Of a stretch of DNA of 61,323 nucleotides, positions 46,999-57,000 are shown one piece after another. The notes beneath the pieces are model-generated. The model made no database searches, was not told the DNA's origin, and worked only from the letters and a program-made list of their open reading frames with translations. The number at the start of each line of letters is the position of its first letter. Position 1 is the stretch's first letter. The position numbers and the translations under genes are program-made. The DNA is from a virus (lineage: Duplodnaviria > Caudoviricetes): positions 1 to 61,323 of the IMG/VR virus record IMGVR_UViG_3300023174_007841. One strand, written 5' to 3'.

Positions 46999-48039
46999 AT
47001 GAAACAAAAAGTCGCTATATCAGAACGCCAACTTCGCAAAATAATTAGAGAAGAATTGGCAAGACAATATCTCGTTCAGGAAGGTCTTCTCGATTCGATC
47101 AAAAAGCCTTTTCAAAAACTTTCCGAAAAGGCTAAACAGATCGTGTCAAAAAAAGTGGACGAAGTCTTGGAAAAGATTTCTGCGGCACTTGAAGGCGTGC
47201 AAAAACCAGAAGGTCTTGACGAATTTTTGAAGAAATTTGAACAGACCGAAGGAGGCGTGGACATTAAAAATTTAGCTTTAGAGGTTGGTTTAGAAGATGC
47301 TGTTTCTGCTTCTGCGTCTAAAGAAAAAATCGTCGCGACCGAAGGTACGTTTATTGTCGTGAGAGAATCGTTCGACGCCATCCCCGCATCGGCAGAAGAC
47401 TTGATTTCTTCTTTCGCTCTAATCGAAGGATATTATCAAAAACGCGCTCTTAAAAATTCTGAAATTTTAAACGAAGCACTGTTGACGGAAGCGGTTGGAT
47501 TAACTGCTCTCGTAGGTGTCTGGTGGGCAGCCGTAAAAGCTGCCGTCGGTTTTTTAGGCGGACTTTCGTTAGCCTGTAAGTTGTTGGCGGCCATCTTTGA
47601 AAAGGCACTTAACAAACCCGATATAGCTAAAAAATTAAAACATTATGAGCACGTTTTCCATGAACTAGAAGAGAAAGCTCTAAGAGTCCTTGTCTATCCT
47701 GCTCCCGTATCTTACGCTGCCTACCTCACTGCGTCAGGACTAAAGAAAATGTCTGCGTCGAACAAAAAACCTAAAAAGCTTTTGTCTTACGAAGAATTCA
47801 ATTCGCCAGAAAACAAAGACGAAAAAGTAGCGGCAGAAAAATTAATTCACACTGCCTTGTTGCTGGCCATTATTTTTGAGGCTGTTTCTCACATAGGTCA
47901 CGCCATCAAAGAACTCGCTGAAAATACTTCCCACGCGCTCGAGTCTATTGGACACTCAGCAGTAGAAATTGGTAAAGAGGCTTCGGCGCTACCCAAGGCG
48001 GCACGAGTAGCCGTCACCGCCGGCGCGCAAATTACCTGA
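46999..48039 (+). CDS. Hypothetical protein with the LRxIIxEE leader and hydrophobic helices, candidate internal/ejected head protein
   Basis: ISERQLRKIIREEL...LVQEG; ILNEALLTEA followed by VGLTALVGVWWAAVKAAVGFLGGLSLA. Confidence 0.65.
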   Translation: MKQKVAISERQLRKIIREELARQYLVQEGLLDSIKKPFQKLSEKAKQIVSKKVDEVLEKISAALEGVQKPEGLDEFLKKFEQTEGGVDIKNLALEVGLEDAVSASASKEKIVATEGTFIVVRESFDAIPASAEDLISSFALIEGYYQKRALKNSEILNEALLTEAVGLTALVGVWWAAVKAAVGFLGGLSLACKLLAAIFEKALNKPDIAKKLKHYEHVFHELEEKALRVLVYPAPVSYAAYLTASGLKKMSASNKKPKKLLSYEEFNSPENKDEKVAAEKLIHTALLLAIIFEAVSHIGHAIKELAENTSHALESIGHSAVEIGKEASALPKAARVAVTAGAQIT

Positions 48040-48051
48040 TATTCTAATTTG

Positions 48052-48088
48052 TTGAACATATTTGTAATTTGGGTATAAAGTTTACCCA
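48052..48088 (+). promoter_or_regulatory. Putative leaderless promoter with an overlapping 7-bp inverted repeat
   Basis: TTGAAC-N18-TAAAGT-N7-ATG; TTGGGTA (48069-48075) / TACCCAA (48083-48089). Confidence 0.55.
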
Positions 48089-51000
48089 ATGGTTAAAATT
48101 GCGCATACTGCCGACATCCATTGGCGCGGCTTGAGTCGACATGACGAATATCGTTATGTTTTCGAAGCCTTCAACAAGGATTGTAAGAAGAACAAAGTAG
48201 ATCATATCTTCGTCGGCGGCGACATATTTCATACCAAGACCACTGGCATTTCACCAGAATATATCGATCAGCTAACGTGGTGGTTAGAATCTATGGCAAA
48301 AATTGCCAGTGTTCATTTGACATTAGGTAACCACGATGGTAATTTGGTCAACCTGTCTCGACAAGACGCGGTGTCTCCTATCGTACAGGCGCTGAATAAT
48401 CCAAAGATCCATCTTTACAAGAAGAGTGGAGTATACGAATTCCACCCAGGGTATAACTGGTGCGTTTATTCTCTTTTCGACGAAGAAGGTTGGGGTGAAG
48501 TAAGACCTGAACCAGGAAAAGTAAATATTGCATGCTATCATGGCCCCGTTCAAGGTTCTGTGACAGAAGTTGGTTGGGAAATGGAAGGTATGAATCTAGA
48601 ATTCTTCAAAGATTATCCCTATGTTTTTCTTGGTGATATCCATCAGATGCAGCATTTAGGTTATCGCGAATGCTTAGTTGGAAAGAAAAAACCATGGATT
48701 TCTTATCCAGGAACGCCACTCCAGCAGAACTACGCAGAAGAGTTAGACCATGGTTATTTGTTATGGGATATCGATGATAAACAATCTTGGGATGTTTTGT
48801 TTAAAAAGTTACCGAATCCAAAACCCTATGTTACCATTCCGTGGAATGGTTCTATCGATAACTTAATTTCTTCTGCTTCTAAACACCCAGATGGTACAAG
48901 GTTTCGAATTAGGTCGTCAGACGCCTTGGGACAAAAAGACTTTAGTTTAATTAGTGAATCTTTGAAGAGCGTAAAGTCGGCCACTGAGGTCACATTCAAG
49001 TCTGATTTTATTGTCGATAAGTCGGTGGTCAAAACGAACACCTCGACGCTCGAGAAGGCCGACTTGAGAAATTCCGATGTCCTTTTCAAGTTGATTAAAG
49101 ATTATTACGCTGGTACACAGATAACAGAAGAACAGTGGAAGATCGTTTTTGAACAAGTAAAATCTTGTCTTTCTACTGTCATTTCTACAGAGGAAACGAC
49201 TCGTAACTCTAAGTGGTCTCTTCGATATCTGGGATTCGACAATATGTTTGCCTATGGCGAAGGCAATATGATTAACTTCGATAAGCTTAATGGTATCGTC
49301 GGAGTATTCGGTCCTAATAGAGTCGGTAAGTCTTCTATCGTCGGTACTTTGATGTATTCGTTGTTCAATGCGACGGACCGTGGTCCCGTAAAGAATATTC
49401 ACATTTGTAACATTCGTAAGCCATATTGCTCGTCGAAGGCCATCATTAATCATGATGGTACCGATTACGTTATCGAGCGCCAAACCACCAAAAGTGAAAA
49501 CAAAAAAGGAGTGTTAAACGCCTCTACTGCTTTGAACGTTTTTAAGATTAGAGAAGACGGTGAGGCAGAAGATCTTGCTGGAGAACAACGCGCTGATACT
49601 GAAAAGGTGATTCGCGCCCTTATCGGTAGTCAAGAAGATTTCATGATGACGTCGCTGGCTGCGCAAGGCGAAACGAATCAATTTATATCGCAAGGCTCTA
49701 CGAGACGCCGGGCAGTGTTGTCTAGATTTTTGGATCTTGATATATTCGACAAGATGCACGAATTGTCGAATAAAGAACTTGCATCTTATAAGTCACAATT
49801 AAAAAACTACCCCGATAGAGATTGGGCGTTGTTGATGCAACAAAATCAAAGCGCTATCGTTGATTCCGACAAGCAGATCATCGAATTACACCAGTTGATA
49901 AAAGACAAGCAACAGACTATTTCCCAACTGCAGATTGAATTGTCTAAACACAGGGGTACACTCGTCACCAAATCTCAAGTTGAGACATTCGCGAAGCAAC
50001 TTGTTGCTCTTGAAAAACAACACGAACTCCACGCGGTTAATATTTCCAGTCTGGAGTCTGAGATAACTAACAGTAACGAAAAACTGAAAACTATAGCAAC
50101 TATCAAATCAGAAAACGATATATCGCAATTGCGATCTCAATTAGCTGCGCTTAAAAATCTCGAAGCTTCTTTGACGTCTTTGAGATTTCTTTACGAGAAA
50201 GAAAATACTCTTTTTGAACAACAAAAAAAATCTCTTAAAATTCTTGATGAAGTGCCCTGCGGCGATGACTATCCTACGTGTAAATTCATTAAAGACGCTC
50301 ACGTTAATAAGTCAAAATTAATCGACCAACAAGGCAAAGTAGAACACGCACAAAAGAAACTAGAAGAAGTAAAGAAATCTTTCGAAGAACTCGGAAAAGA
50401 AAATTTGGTTGGTCGTTTAGAAAAAATGGAGAAATTGTTGTCTTTGGAGACAAAGCTGTTACTAGACATCTCTAAGAAAGAAATTGAACTTGAAAAATCT
50501 AGGACCGTTCACTATTCGCGAGAATCAGAACTAAAAAGTTCTAGAGAAAAACTTAAGGCGCTTGAGGAAGCATTAAAAAATGACGATAATGCAGAAGCAG
50601 TTTCTATTAAGCTAAATATAGAAGATATTTCTAAGGCTATAGATGCGTTGACAACAGACAAACTTGATGTGGCTACGCGCAAAGGAAAGCTTTCTGCTAA
50701 TCTTGAAAAGATAAGCGAAGAAAAAATCGCTAAGGACATTCTTTTGGAGAAGATGAAGGTACATGAGTTGGTTACCGTAGCATTTTCTAAGAAGGGCTTG
50801 CCACTAATCATTACAAAGTCGCAATTACCCGTTATCAACGCAGAGATAGCCAAGATTCTTCATGGCATCGTAGATTTTACTATCGAACTTGAAAATGACG
50901 AGAACACCGATTCTTCTGAAATTTATATCAACTATGGCGATTCCCGACGAGTTGTAGAACTGTGTTCGGGTATGGAGAAGACCATCGCCTCTCTAGCTAT

Positions 51001-51247
51001 TCGAGTCGCGATGGTCAACGTTTCTTCTTTACCCAAGCCGAATATCTTCATCGTTGACGAGGGATTTGGAACGCTAGATGATGCCGCCGTTGAAGCCTGT
51101 AATAGATTGCTGGTTTCTTTGAAGAAATATTTTAAGGTAATTTTGATAATCACTCATGTCGACGGCGTCAAGGACGTAGTCGATCACGTTTTGGAGATTA
51201 TGAAGAGCGAAAAAGATTCCAAGGTTATTTTTGGAGTAGATTCATGA
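48089..51247 (+). CDS. Fused Mre11/SbcD (gp47-like) nuclease and Rad50/SbcC (gp46-like) ATPase
   Basis: HTADIH, GGDIFH, GNHD, GDIH, YPG; then GPNRVGKS (Walker A), Q-loop AAQG, coiled coil, CSGME signature, IVDEGFGTLD, ITH. Confidence 0.93.
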   Translation: MVKIAHTADIHWRGLSRHDEYRYVFEAFNKDCKKNKVDHIFVGGDIFHTKTTGISPEYIDQLTWWLESMAKIASVHLTLGNHDGNLVNLSRQDAVSPIVQALNNPKIHLYKKSGVYEFHPGYNWCVYSLFDEEGWGEVRPEPGKVNIACYHGPVQGSVTEVGWEMEGMNLEFFKDYPYVFLGDIHQMQHLGYRECLVGKKKPWISYPGTPLQQNYAEELDHGYLLWDIDDKQSWDVLFKKLPNPKPYVTIPWNGSIDNLISSASKHPDGTRFRIRSSDALGQKDFSLISESLKSVKSATEVTFKSDFIVDKSVVKTNTSTLEKADLRNSDVLFKLIKDYYAGTQITEEQWKIVFEQVKSCLSTVISTEETTRNSKWSLRYLGFDNMFAYGEGNMINFDKLNGIVGVFGPNRVGKSSIVGTLMYSLFNATDRGPVKNIHICNIRKPYCSSKAIINHDGTDYVIERQTTKSENKKGVLNASTALNVFKIREDGEAEDLAGEQRADTEKVIRALIGSQEDFMMTSLAAQGETNQFISQGSTRRRAVLSRFLDLDIFDKMHELSNKELASYKSQLKNYPDRDWALLMQQNQSAIVDSDKQIIELHQLIKDKQQTISQLQIELSKHRGTLVTKSQVETFAKQLVALEKQHELHAVNISSLESEITNSNEKLKTIATIKSENDISQLRSQLAALKNLEASLTSLRFLYEKENTLFEQQKKSLKILDEVPCGDDYPTCKFIKDAHVNKSKLIDQQGKVEHAQKKLEEVKKSFEELGKENLVGRLEKMEKLLSLETKLLLDISKKEIELEKSRTVHYSRESELKSSREKLKALEEALKNDDNAEAVSIKLNIEDISKAIDALTTDKLDVATRKGKLSANLEKISEEKIAKDILLEKMKVHELVTVAFSKKGLPLIITKSQLPVINAEIAKILHGIVDFTIELENDENTDSSEIYINYGDSRRVVELCSGMEKTIASLAIRVAMVNVSSLPKPNIFIVDEGFGTLDDAAVEACNRLLVSLKKYFKVILIITHVDGVKDVVDHVLEIMKSEKDSKVIFGVDS

Positions 51248-51561
51248 AGCACGATTGGCAACCTTATCCACGAGATAGAAAAATTTGTTATAAAGAAAAC
51301 TACGCAATAATAGTTCCTTCTTCTTATGACGACCACGAGAGAAGAAATATGCCTCTGTTTTGCGAAGTTTGTAGTATCCGTTTTGGTCACAAAGAAGACG
51401 AGATCACATATAAGAAATTCGGTTGTTGCACGGCCTGTGCGGACACTTGGGCTTATTCTAATAAAGAAAAGTGGGAAGCAGGCTGGCGACCAACTTCCGA
51501 TGTCGTAAAAAATGTGACTGCGAGAAGATCTTTTGTCGATCAAAACATCGTCTTAGAATAA
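51244..51561 (+). CDS. Small Cys-rich hypothetical protein
   Basis: PLFCEVC...CCTAC...WEAGWRP. ATGA-coupled to Mre11-Rad50. Confidence 0.7.
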   Translation: MKHDWQPYPRDRKICYKENYAIIVPSSYDDHERRNMPLFCEVCSIRFGHKEDEITYKKFGCCTACADTWAYSNKEKWEAGWRPTSDVVKNVTARRSFVDQNIVLE

Positions 51562-51568
51562 ACGTTGT

Positions 51569-51575
51569 ATATTTA
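51569..51575 (+). promoter_or_regulatory. Putative late promoter core ATATTTA (ATAnTTA family)
   Basis: The same or near-identical heptamer lies shortly upstream of other head/structural genes: 59613, 53600, 60417, 46986, 19963, 22913 (minus). Confidence 0.5.
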
Positions 51576-51589
51576 GGACTGGAGATACT

Positions 51590-51967
51590 ATGCCTAAAAT
51601 CGACTATAACGCCCTTGGACAAGCTATAGACACGACGTGGGGAAGAACGTCGACTCCCAAGACCGCTTCTTATTCTGTTAAGTTTACTCTTGCTGGTGAT
51701 GTTTTGACTGCTTCTTATCAAGTAGTCGTTAACTTCGCTTCTGAGAAAGAGATGATTACGATGAACAGGATGTACGAAGAAGAATCTAGCGAAGTGATTC
51801 AAGCTGTCCTCAAGAACATTAAGGCTATCTATAAAGACTTGTCTGGTTCCACATTGTCAGTGAAGGAACACTCCACGAATACGTCAGTCGAAATTATTGG
51901 ATTTAACGTGCACAATCCAAAAAGGACTGCCTATTTTCGCAGGAAGACGGCTTTTGAATTAGTCTGA
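51590..51967 (+). CDS. Hypothetical protein directly upstream of the terminase
   Basis: GGAG SD, 125 aa, TGATG coupling to terL. Confidence 0.75.
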   Translation: MPKIDYNALGQAIDTTWGRTSTPKTASYSVKFTLAGDVLTASYQVVVNFASEKEMITMNRMYEEESSEVIQAVLKNIKAIYKDLSGSTLSVKEHSTNTSVEIIGFNVHNPKRTAYFRRKTAFELV

Positions 51968-53580
51968 TGCAACAACCCCTAACTAGAAACGACCAAATAA
52001 AGGAGATCGTCCGCTGCGGCAAGGATCCGATCTACTTTATGAAGAATTATGTAAAGATCCAGCACACTGTGCGAGGTCTTATACCATTTGAAACCTATGA
52101 TTTTCAAGATGACTGTGTTAAACAATTTGAAACCAATCGTTTCAACATTGTCCTTAAATCACGCCAGCTAGGTTTGTCGACTGTAACAGCTGCATATGCC
52201 GTCTGGTTCGCAATCTTCAAAAAGGATAAAAACGTCCTCGTCATCGCTACCAAATTGTCTACGGCGATGAACTTCATCAAGAAGGTGAGGATTATGTTAG
52301 ACGGACTTCCCAAGTGGTTGTTGCTCACAAAGTTTGAACCAACGAAGCAGGCTATCAGGTTTGACAATGGTTCACAGATTAACGCGATTCCAACATCTCC
52401 GGACGCGGGTCGTTCCGAGGCTTTGTCGCTGCTCATCGTTGACGAAGCAGCGTTCATTAGAGACTTTGAGGATATTTGGACCGGTCTCTATCCCACCTTG
52501 TCGACCGGTGGCAACGCCGTAATTATTTCAACGCCTAACGGTGTTGGTGGACAATACTATCGTCTCTGGATGGATGGCGAAACCAAACAAAACGAGTTCA
52601 ATACCATTAAACTACCATGGTGGGTCCATCCCGAGCACGACGAAGATTGGTTTACTAGAGAGACTAAGAACCTACCGAAAAGAAAGGTGGCGCAAGAATT
52701 TCTTTGCGACTTTATTTCTTCTGGTGATACTTTCTTACAACCTACCGAGCTCGAAGCGATTAGAGAAGCCATTCGTCCGCCACTCGAGAAAACAGGCCCG
52801 CAGTCTGCTGTATGGATTTGGAGAAAACCCGAAGCAGGCAAAAAATATATCATGGCTGCTGACGTCGCAAGAGGCGATTCAGGAGACTTTTCTACTTTTC
52901 ACGTAGTTGATAACTCGTCATGTGAAGTAGTCGCAGAATATATGGGCAAAATACCGCCAGACAAACTGGCTGATATATTGTTCGAATATGGCAAAATGTA
53001 TAATGAAGCCTTAATATGCCCCGAGCAAAACACTTTTGGATATTTTACATGTGTTAAACTTCGAGATGATGGCTATCCTCGATTGTATTATCAAGGTTCT
53101 TCAGGAGATCCATTCGAGTTTAGACCGACAGACTCCAATGCTGTTCCTGGGTTTTCCACGCAAACAAAAACCAGGTCTCAAATATTGGCAAAATTAGAGG
53201 AATTAGCCCGCAACTCTATTCTTAAGGTTTATTCTCAGCGCCTCTATGATCAACTCCAGGCCTTCGTATGGAATGGGTCTAAAGCGCAAGCAGCCAAGGA
53301 CGCTCACGATGATCTAATAATAAGCCTGGCGATCGCCGCCTGGTTGGTCGCCGGAGATTCAGGCGTTAATGAGCAAGCCACAGCTTTAGCCATGGCGATG
53401 CTCAAGGCTACTAAGGTTGAGAGAAACAACAATATGCCTGGTGACATAAATTCTGCTCAACCCCTTGTGAATCCAAACATTAGGGGACTAAATCCAAATT
53501 CTCGAGACGTATTAAAACCGAAAGATCCCTCTCAGGTTCGTCATGTAGATATTTCGGATTTTTCTTGGCTGTACCGTTAA
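51967..53580 (+). CDS. terL: Terminase large subunit (T4 gp17-like)
   Basis: DPIYF..NY.KI, YDFQ, KSRQLGLST (Walker A), LLIVDEAAF (Walker B), ISTPNG, QEFLCDF, ADVARG..GDFS, HDDL. Confidence 0.96.
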   Translation: MQQPLTRNDQIKEIVRCGKDPIYFMKNYVKIQHTVRGLIPFETYDFQDDCVKQFETNRFNIVLKSRQLGLSTVTAAYAVWFAIFKKDKNVLVIATKLSTAMNFIKKVRIMLDGLPKWLLLTKFEPTKQAIRFDNGSQINAIPTSPDAGRSEALSLLIVDEAAFIRDFEDIWTGLYPTLSTGGNAVIISTPNGVGGQYYRLWMDGETKQNEFNTIKLPWWVHPEHDEDWFTRETKNLPKRKVAQEFLCDFISSGDTFLQPTELEAIREAIRPPLEKTGPQSAVWIWRKPEAGKKYIMAADVARGDSGDFSTFHVVDNSSCEVVAEYMGKIPPDKLADILFEYGKMYNEALICPEQNTFGYFTCVKLRDDGYPRLYYQGSSGDPFEFRPTDSNAVPGFSTQTKTRSQILAKLEELARNSILKVYSQRLYDQLQAFVWNGSKAQAAKDAHDDLIISLAIAAWLVAGDSGVNEQATALAMAMLKATKVERNNNMPGDINSAQPLVNPNIRGLNPNSRDVLKPKDPSQVRHVDISDFSWLYR

Positions 53581-53628
53581 TTAATTTTTGAAGTAATATC
53601 TATTTAGTGATAGAGGACTAAGACTAAT

Positions 53629-54006
53629 ATGCCGAAGCTTACGATTTCACGTTTAAGAAAAATTATCGCAGAAGAAGTATCACTTTTGAGAGAAGGTGAA
53701 AAAGAAGACCAAGCCGCTTCGATGGCGCAAAATGCGAGTAAACTTCTTAAGGCAATAGAGTCGTTTAAGTCAACCGCATCATCGAAAGCTAAGTCTAGCG
53801 CAGATGCTTCGAATGCGACTCTTGAAAAGCACCTTTTAGAGGCTGAAAAAATGCTAAAAAGGATCGTCGCCTCTCCATTGAACTACGTAGATGGTCCTAA
53901 GCAGCCCATTGCGGGTACTCCTTCCGCAGTCGTGCCGGATCAATCCCTCGCCGCCGCCGCGACGACTAAAAAAGTTTCTGTAAAGCCGGCCGTGGAAAAG
54001 AAGTAA
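53629..54006 (+). CDS. Hypothetical protein with the LRxIIxEE leader
   Basis: MPKLTISRLRKIIAEEVSLLREG. Lies between terL and portal. Confidence 0.75.
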   Translation: MPKLTISRLRKIIAEEVSLLREGEKEDQAASMAQNASKLLKAIESFKSTASSKAKSSADASNATLEKHLLEAEKMLKRIVASPLNYVDGPKQPIAGTPSAVVPDQSLAAAATTKKVSVKPAVEKK

Positions 54007-54086
54007 AAGAAGTATACTAAAATTTTTTAGAAGTTACTATCTGACGACGAAAGAGCCTTCTCCACGATTGGAGTGGCAAAACAACG

Positions 54087-57000
54087 ATGGCAAAAGAAAA
54101 AGATCAAACATTATTCCAGCGTCTTTCTAAGATTTTTAAGAGCGGTCCAATTGTCAAGCGCAAGATAAGAAATCTCGATACGACAATCGCCGTCGCTGAC
54201 AAAACGAAGTCTTCTGGTGCTTTACTATTTCAGAAGTCGTTGGCTCCAACTTACGCAACTATCACAGCTAACGCGTACAATCTCTCTGAACGCTTGATGA
54301 GGTATCAAGATTTTCAAGAGATGGAATATTGCCTACATAAGGACACAAAGATCGCGGTGCCAGGTGGATACAAGACTATTGAAGAGCTTTCTTTGGAGTG
54401 TGAGGCGGATTCTAACAGAACTTTCGTAGTCTATGCATACGATCACAATCTAGGTAGGATCGTTCCAGCGATGGGAAAGCAAGCTCGACAGACTCGAGTT
54501 GACCATGCTTACACGGTTACTTTTGATAACGAACAAAAGATCACTGGAACACCAAATCACCGCCTCATGAAGCGAGATGGTACTTTCTGCAAGATAGAAG
54601 ACCTAAAGTCAGGCGACGCAATGATGCCCTTCTATCGTAGAGACTTATTCAATGGTTGCAAAGAAGAAGGGGAGGGCTATCGCTGGATATACACAATGGA
54701 CCGACGTTCGAATATGAACGGTTGGGTCGCTGAGCACAGGCTCATCGGTGAGATGATGAAGGGCTCCGAACTCGCCGCCGATGAGGTCGTGCATCACGTT
54801 AACTTTACGAAGCACGATAATAGACCAGAAAACTTACGCGTCATGAAGGACCACGATCACAGAAGCCTTCACACGAAGATTATCAACGGGGCGAAGTGGT
54901 CCGATCAAAACTCAGAATGGATCGAGAGGTTCAAGACTAATCATTCTAAGTTCATGTCAGAGAACAATCCAGCCGAGAGAAAAGATATCACATTCGGCAG
55001 GATACTCGAAGTTTCTGAAAGAGTTAACTTCAACTCAAAAAAGCTTTGCGAAGTTCTTGACACAGACCCGAATGTAATTAAACGCAAACTACGAAAGCAC
55101 GGATATCAAGATTTCCAAACATTCGCAAAGGCGTACAACCCAGATTGGTGCAATGTAGGTTGGGATAACCAAGGTAAGAATAATCCTCGATATAACCACT
55201 CAGTTACCTTCGATAGAATATGTTCTGCTTTTTCTAGAGGCGTGTCGAAGAAGCAGCTTGCAGTTTCTTTAGACACTACAACTACCGTGCTTGACAATCG
55301 TTTAAAGGAGCGAGGGTACAAGAACTATACTGAGTTTTCTCAGACCTATGACAACCTCAAGGTTGTCTCTGTCGAATATCACGGAGTGATTCCCCTCTAC
55401 GACTTGACCGTAGATGGGTACAAAAACTTTGCGACAGATACCGTAATTTCTCATAATACGCCAGAAATCGCCGCCACGATGGACATCTACGCCGATGAAA
55501 CCGTAGCGCAAGACGACAAGGGTCGAGTGCTTCACATCTATTCAGACAACGAAAAGATCAAAGAGATTTTAGAAGATCTCTTCTATAACACGCTGAATGT
55601 CGAGTTCAATCTTCGTTCCTGGGCCCGTAACCTCGTTAAGTATGGAGATTTTTTTCTCTATAATGACGTTTCTCCTCAATATGGCGTCATCAATGCGTTT
55701 CCTATACCAGTAAATGAGATTGAGCGTGAAGAGAACTACGACCCGAATGACCCCTTCGCCGTACGATATCGTTGGGTAACATTAGGAAATAGGACCCTAG
55801 AGAACTGGGAAGTAACCCATTTTCGTCTACTCGGCAACGACATGTTCTTGCCTTATGGCTCATCAATCATTGAGGCCGCTCGTCGCATTTGGCGTCAATT
55901 AATCCTTATCGAGGATGCTATGCTGGTTTATCGAGTCGTCCGCGCTCCGGAGCGTCGCGTTTTCTATATTGATGTTGCCAATATTCCTCCTGAAAACGTT
56001 CCGATGTACGTCGAAGAGCAGAGAAAAAATCTTCGTACAAACCAGGTTGTAGATAGAGCAACGGGTCGTCTTGATCTTCGTTATGCTCCTCTTTCTATCG
56101 AAGACGATTATTTTATTCCAGTCCGTGGCGGAGAATCTGGAACGAGGATCGACACGCTTGCGGGTGGTCAAAATGCTGCCGCTGTCGAGGACGTTGCCTA
56201 TATTCAAAAAAAGCTTTTTGCCGCGCTAAAGATTCCTAGAGCTTATCTCGGCTACGATGAGATGCTTTCTTCTAAAGCGACGCTTGCCCAAGAAGACATC
56301 AGATTTTCTCGTACGATTAACGTAATTCAGAAAGTCCTTATCTCAGAACTCAATAAGCTAGCAATAATTCATCTGTATTCTAATGGTTTTGATACAGAGG
56401 AATTACAGAATTTTACACTGCGTCTCTCCAATCCTTCGACAGTTGCTCAACAACAAAAACTGGAAATCTGGCGATCTAAATTTGAGATCGCGGGGTCGAT
56501 TCCTGAGGGAATGGGCAGTAAAGAGTTCGCACGCAAGATGATTTGGGGCCTGACAGACGAACAGATCGAGCAGATTGATGAGCAACGTTATCAAGAGAAA
56601 CTTGTTGATCAAGTCATCGAGGAAGCCAAACCTGATGAGGGCACCTCTGGCGAGGAAACTGGTGGAGAAGAGACTGGCGGTGAGGAAACTGGTGGAGAAG
56701 AGACTGGCAGTGAGGAAACTGGTGGAGAAGAGGAAGCAGGCGGAGAAGAGGCTGGTGAAGATCTTTTCGCGGGCGATGATGTCGAAGAGAAGGAGCCCGA
56801 AACTGAGCTTCTGATGACTGGCGATGCGGATGATTTAATGCCGACTCTTTTTGAAAAAGATAAATTACCCGTAAAAGCAAAGTCTCAATTGAAAAAAGCC
56901 TTATACGATCGAAGCCGTAGAAAAACTCGTCAAGATCACATGGTAGATTTTAAAAAAATGACGGATTATGATGCCGAAGGCATGGGCATGAAAAATGTCT

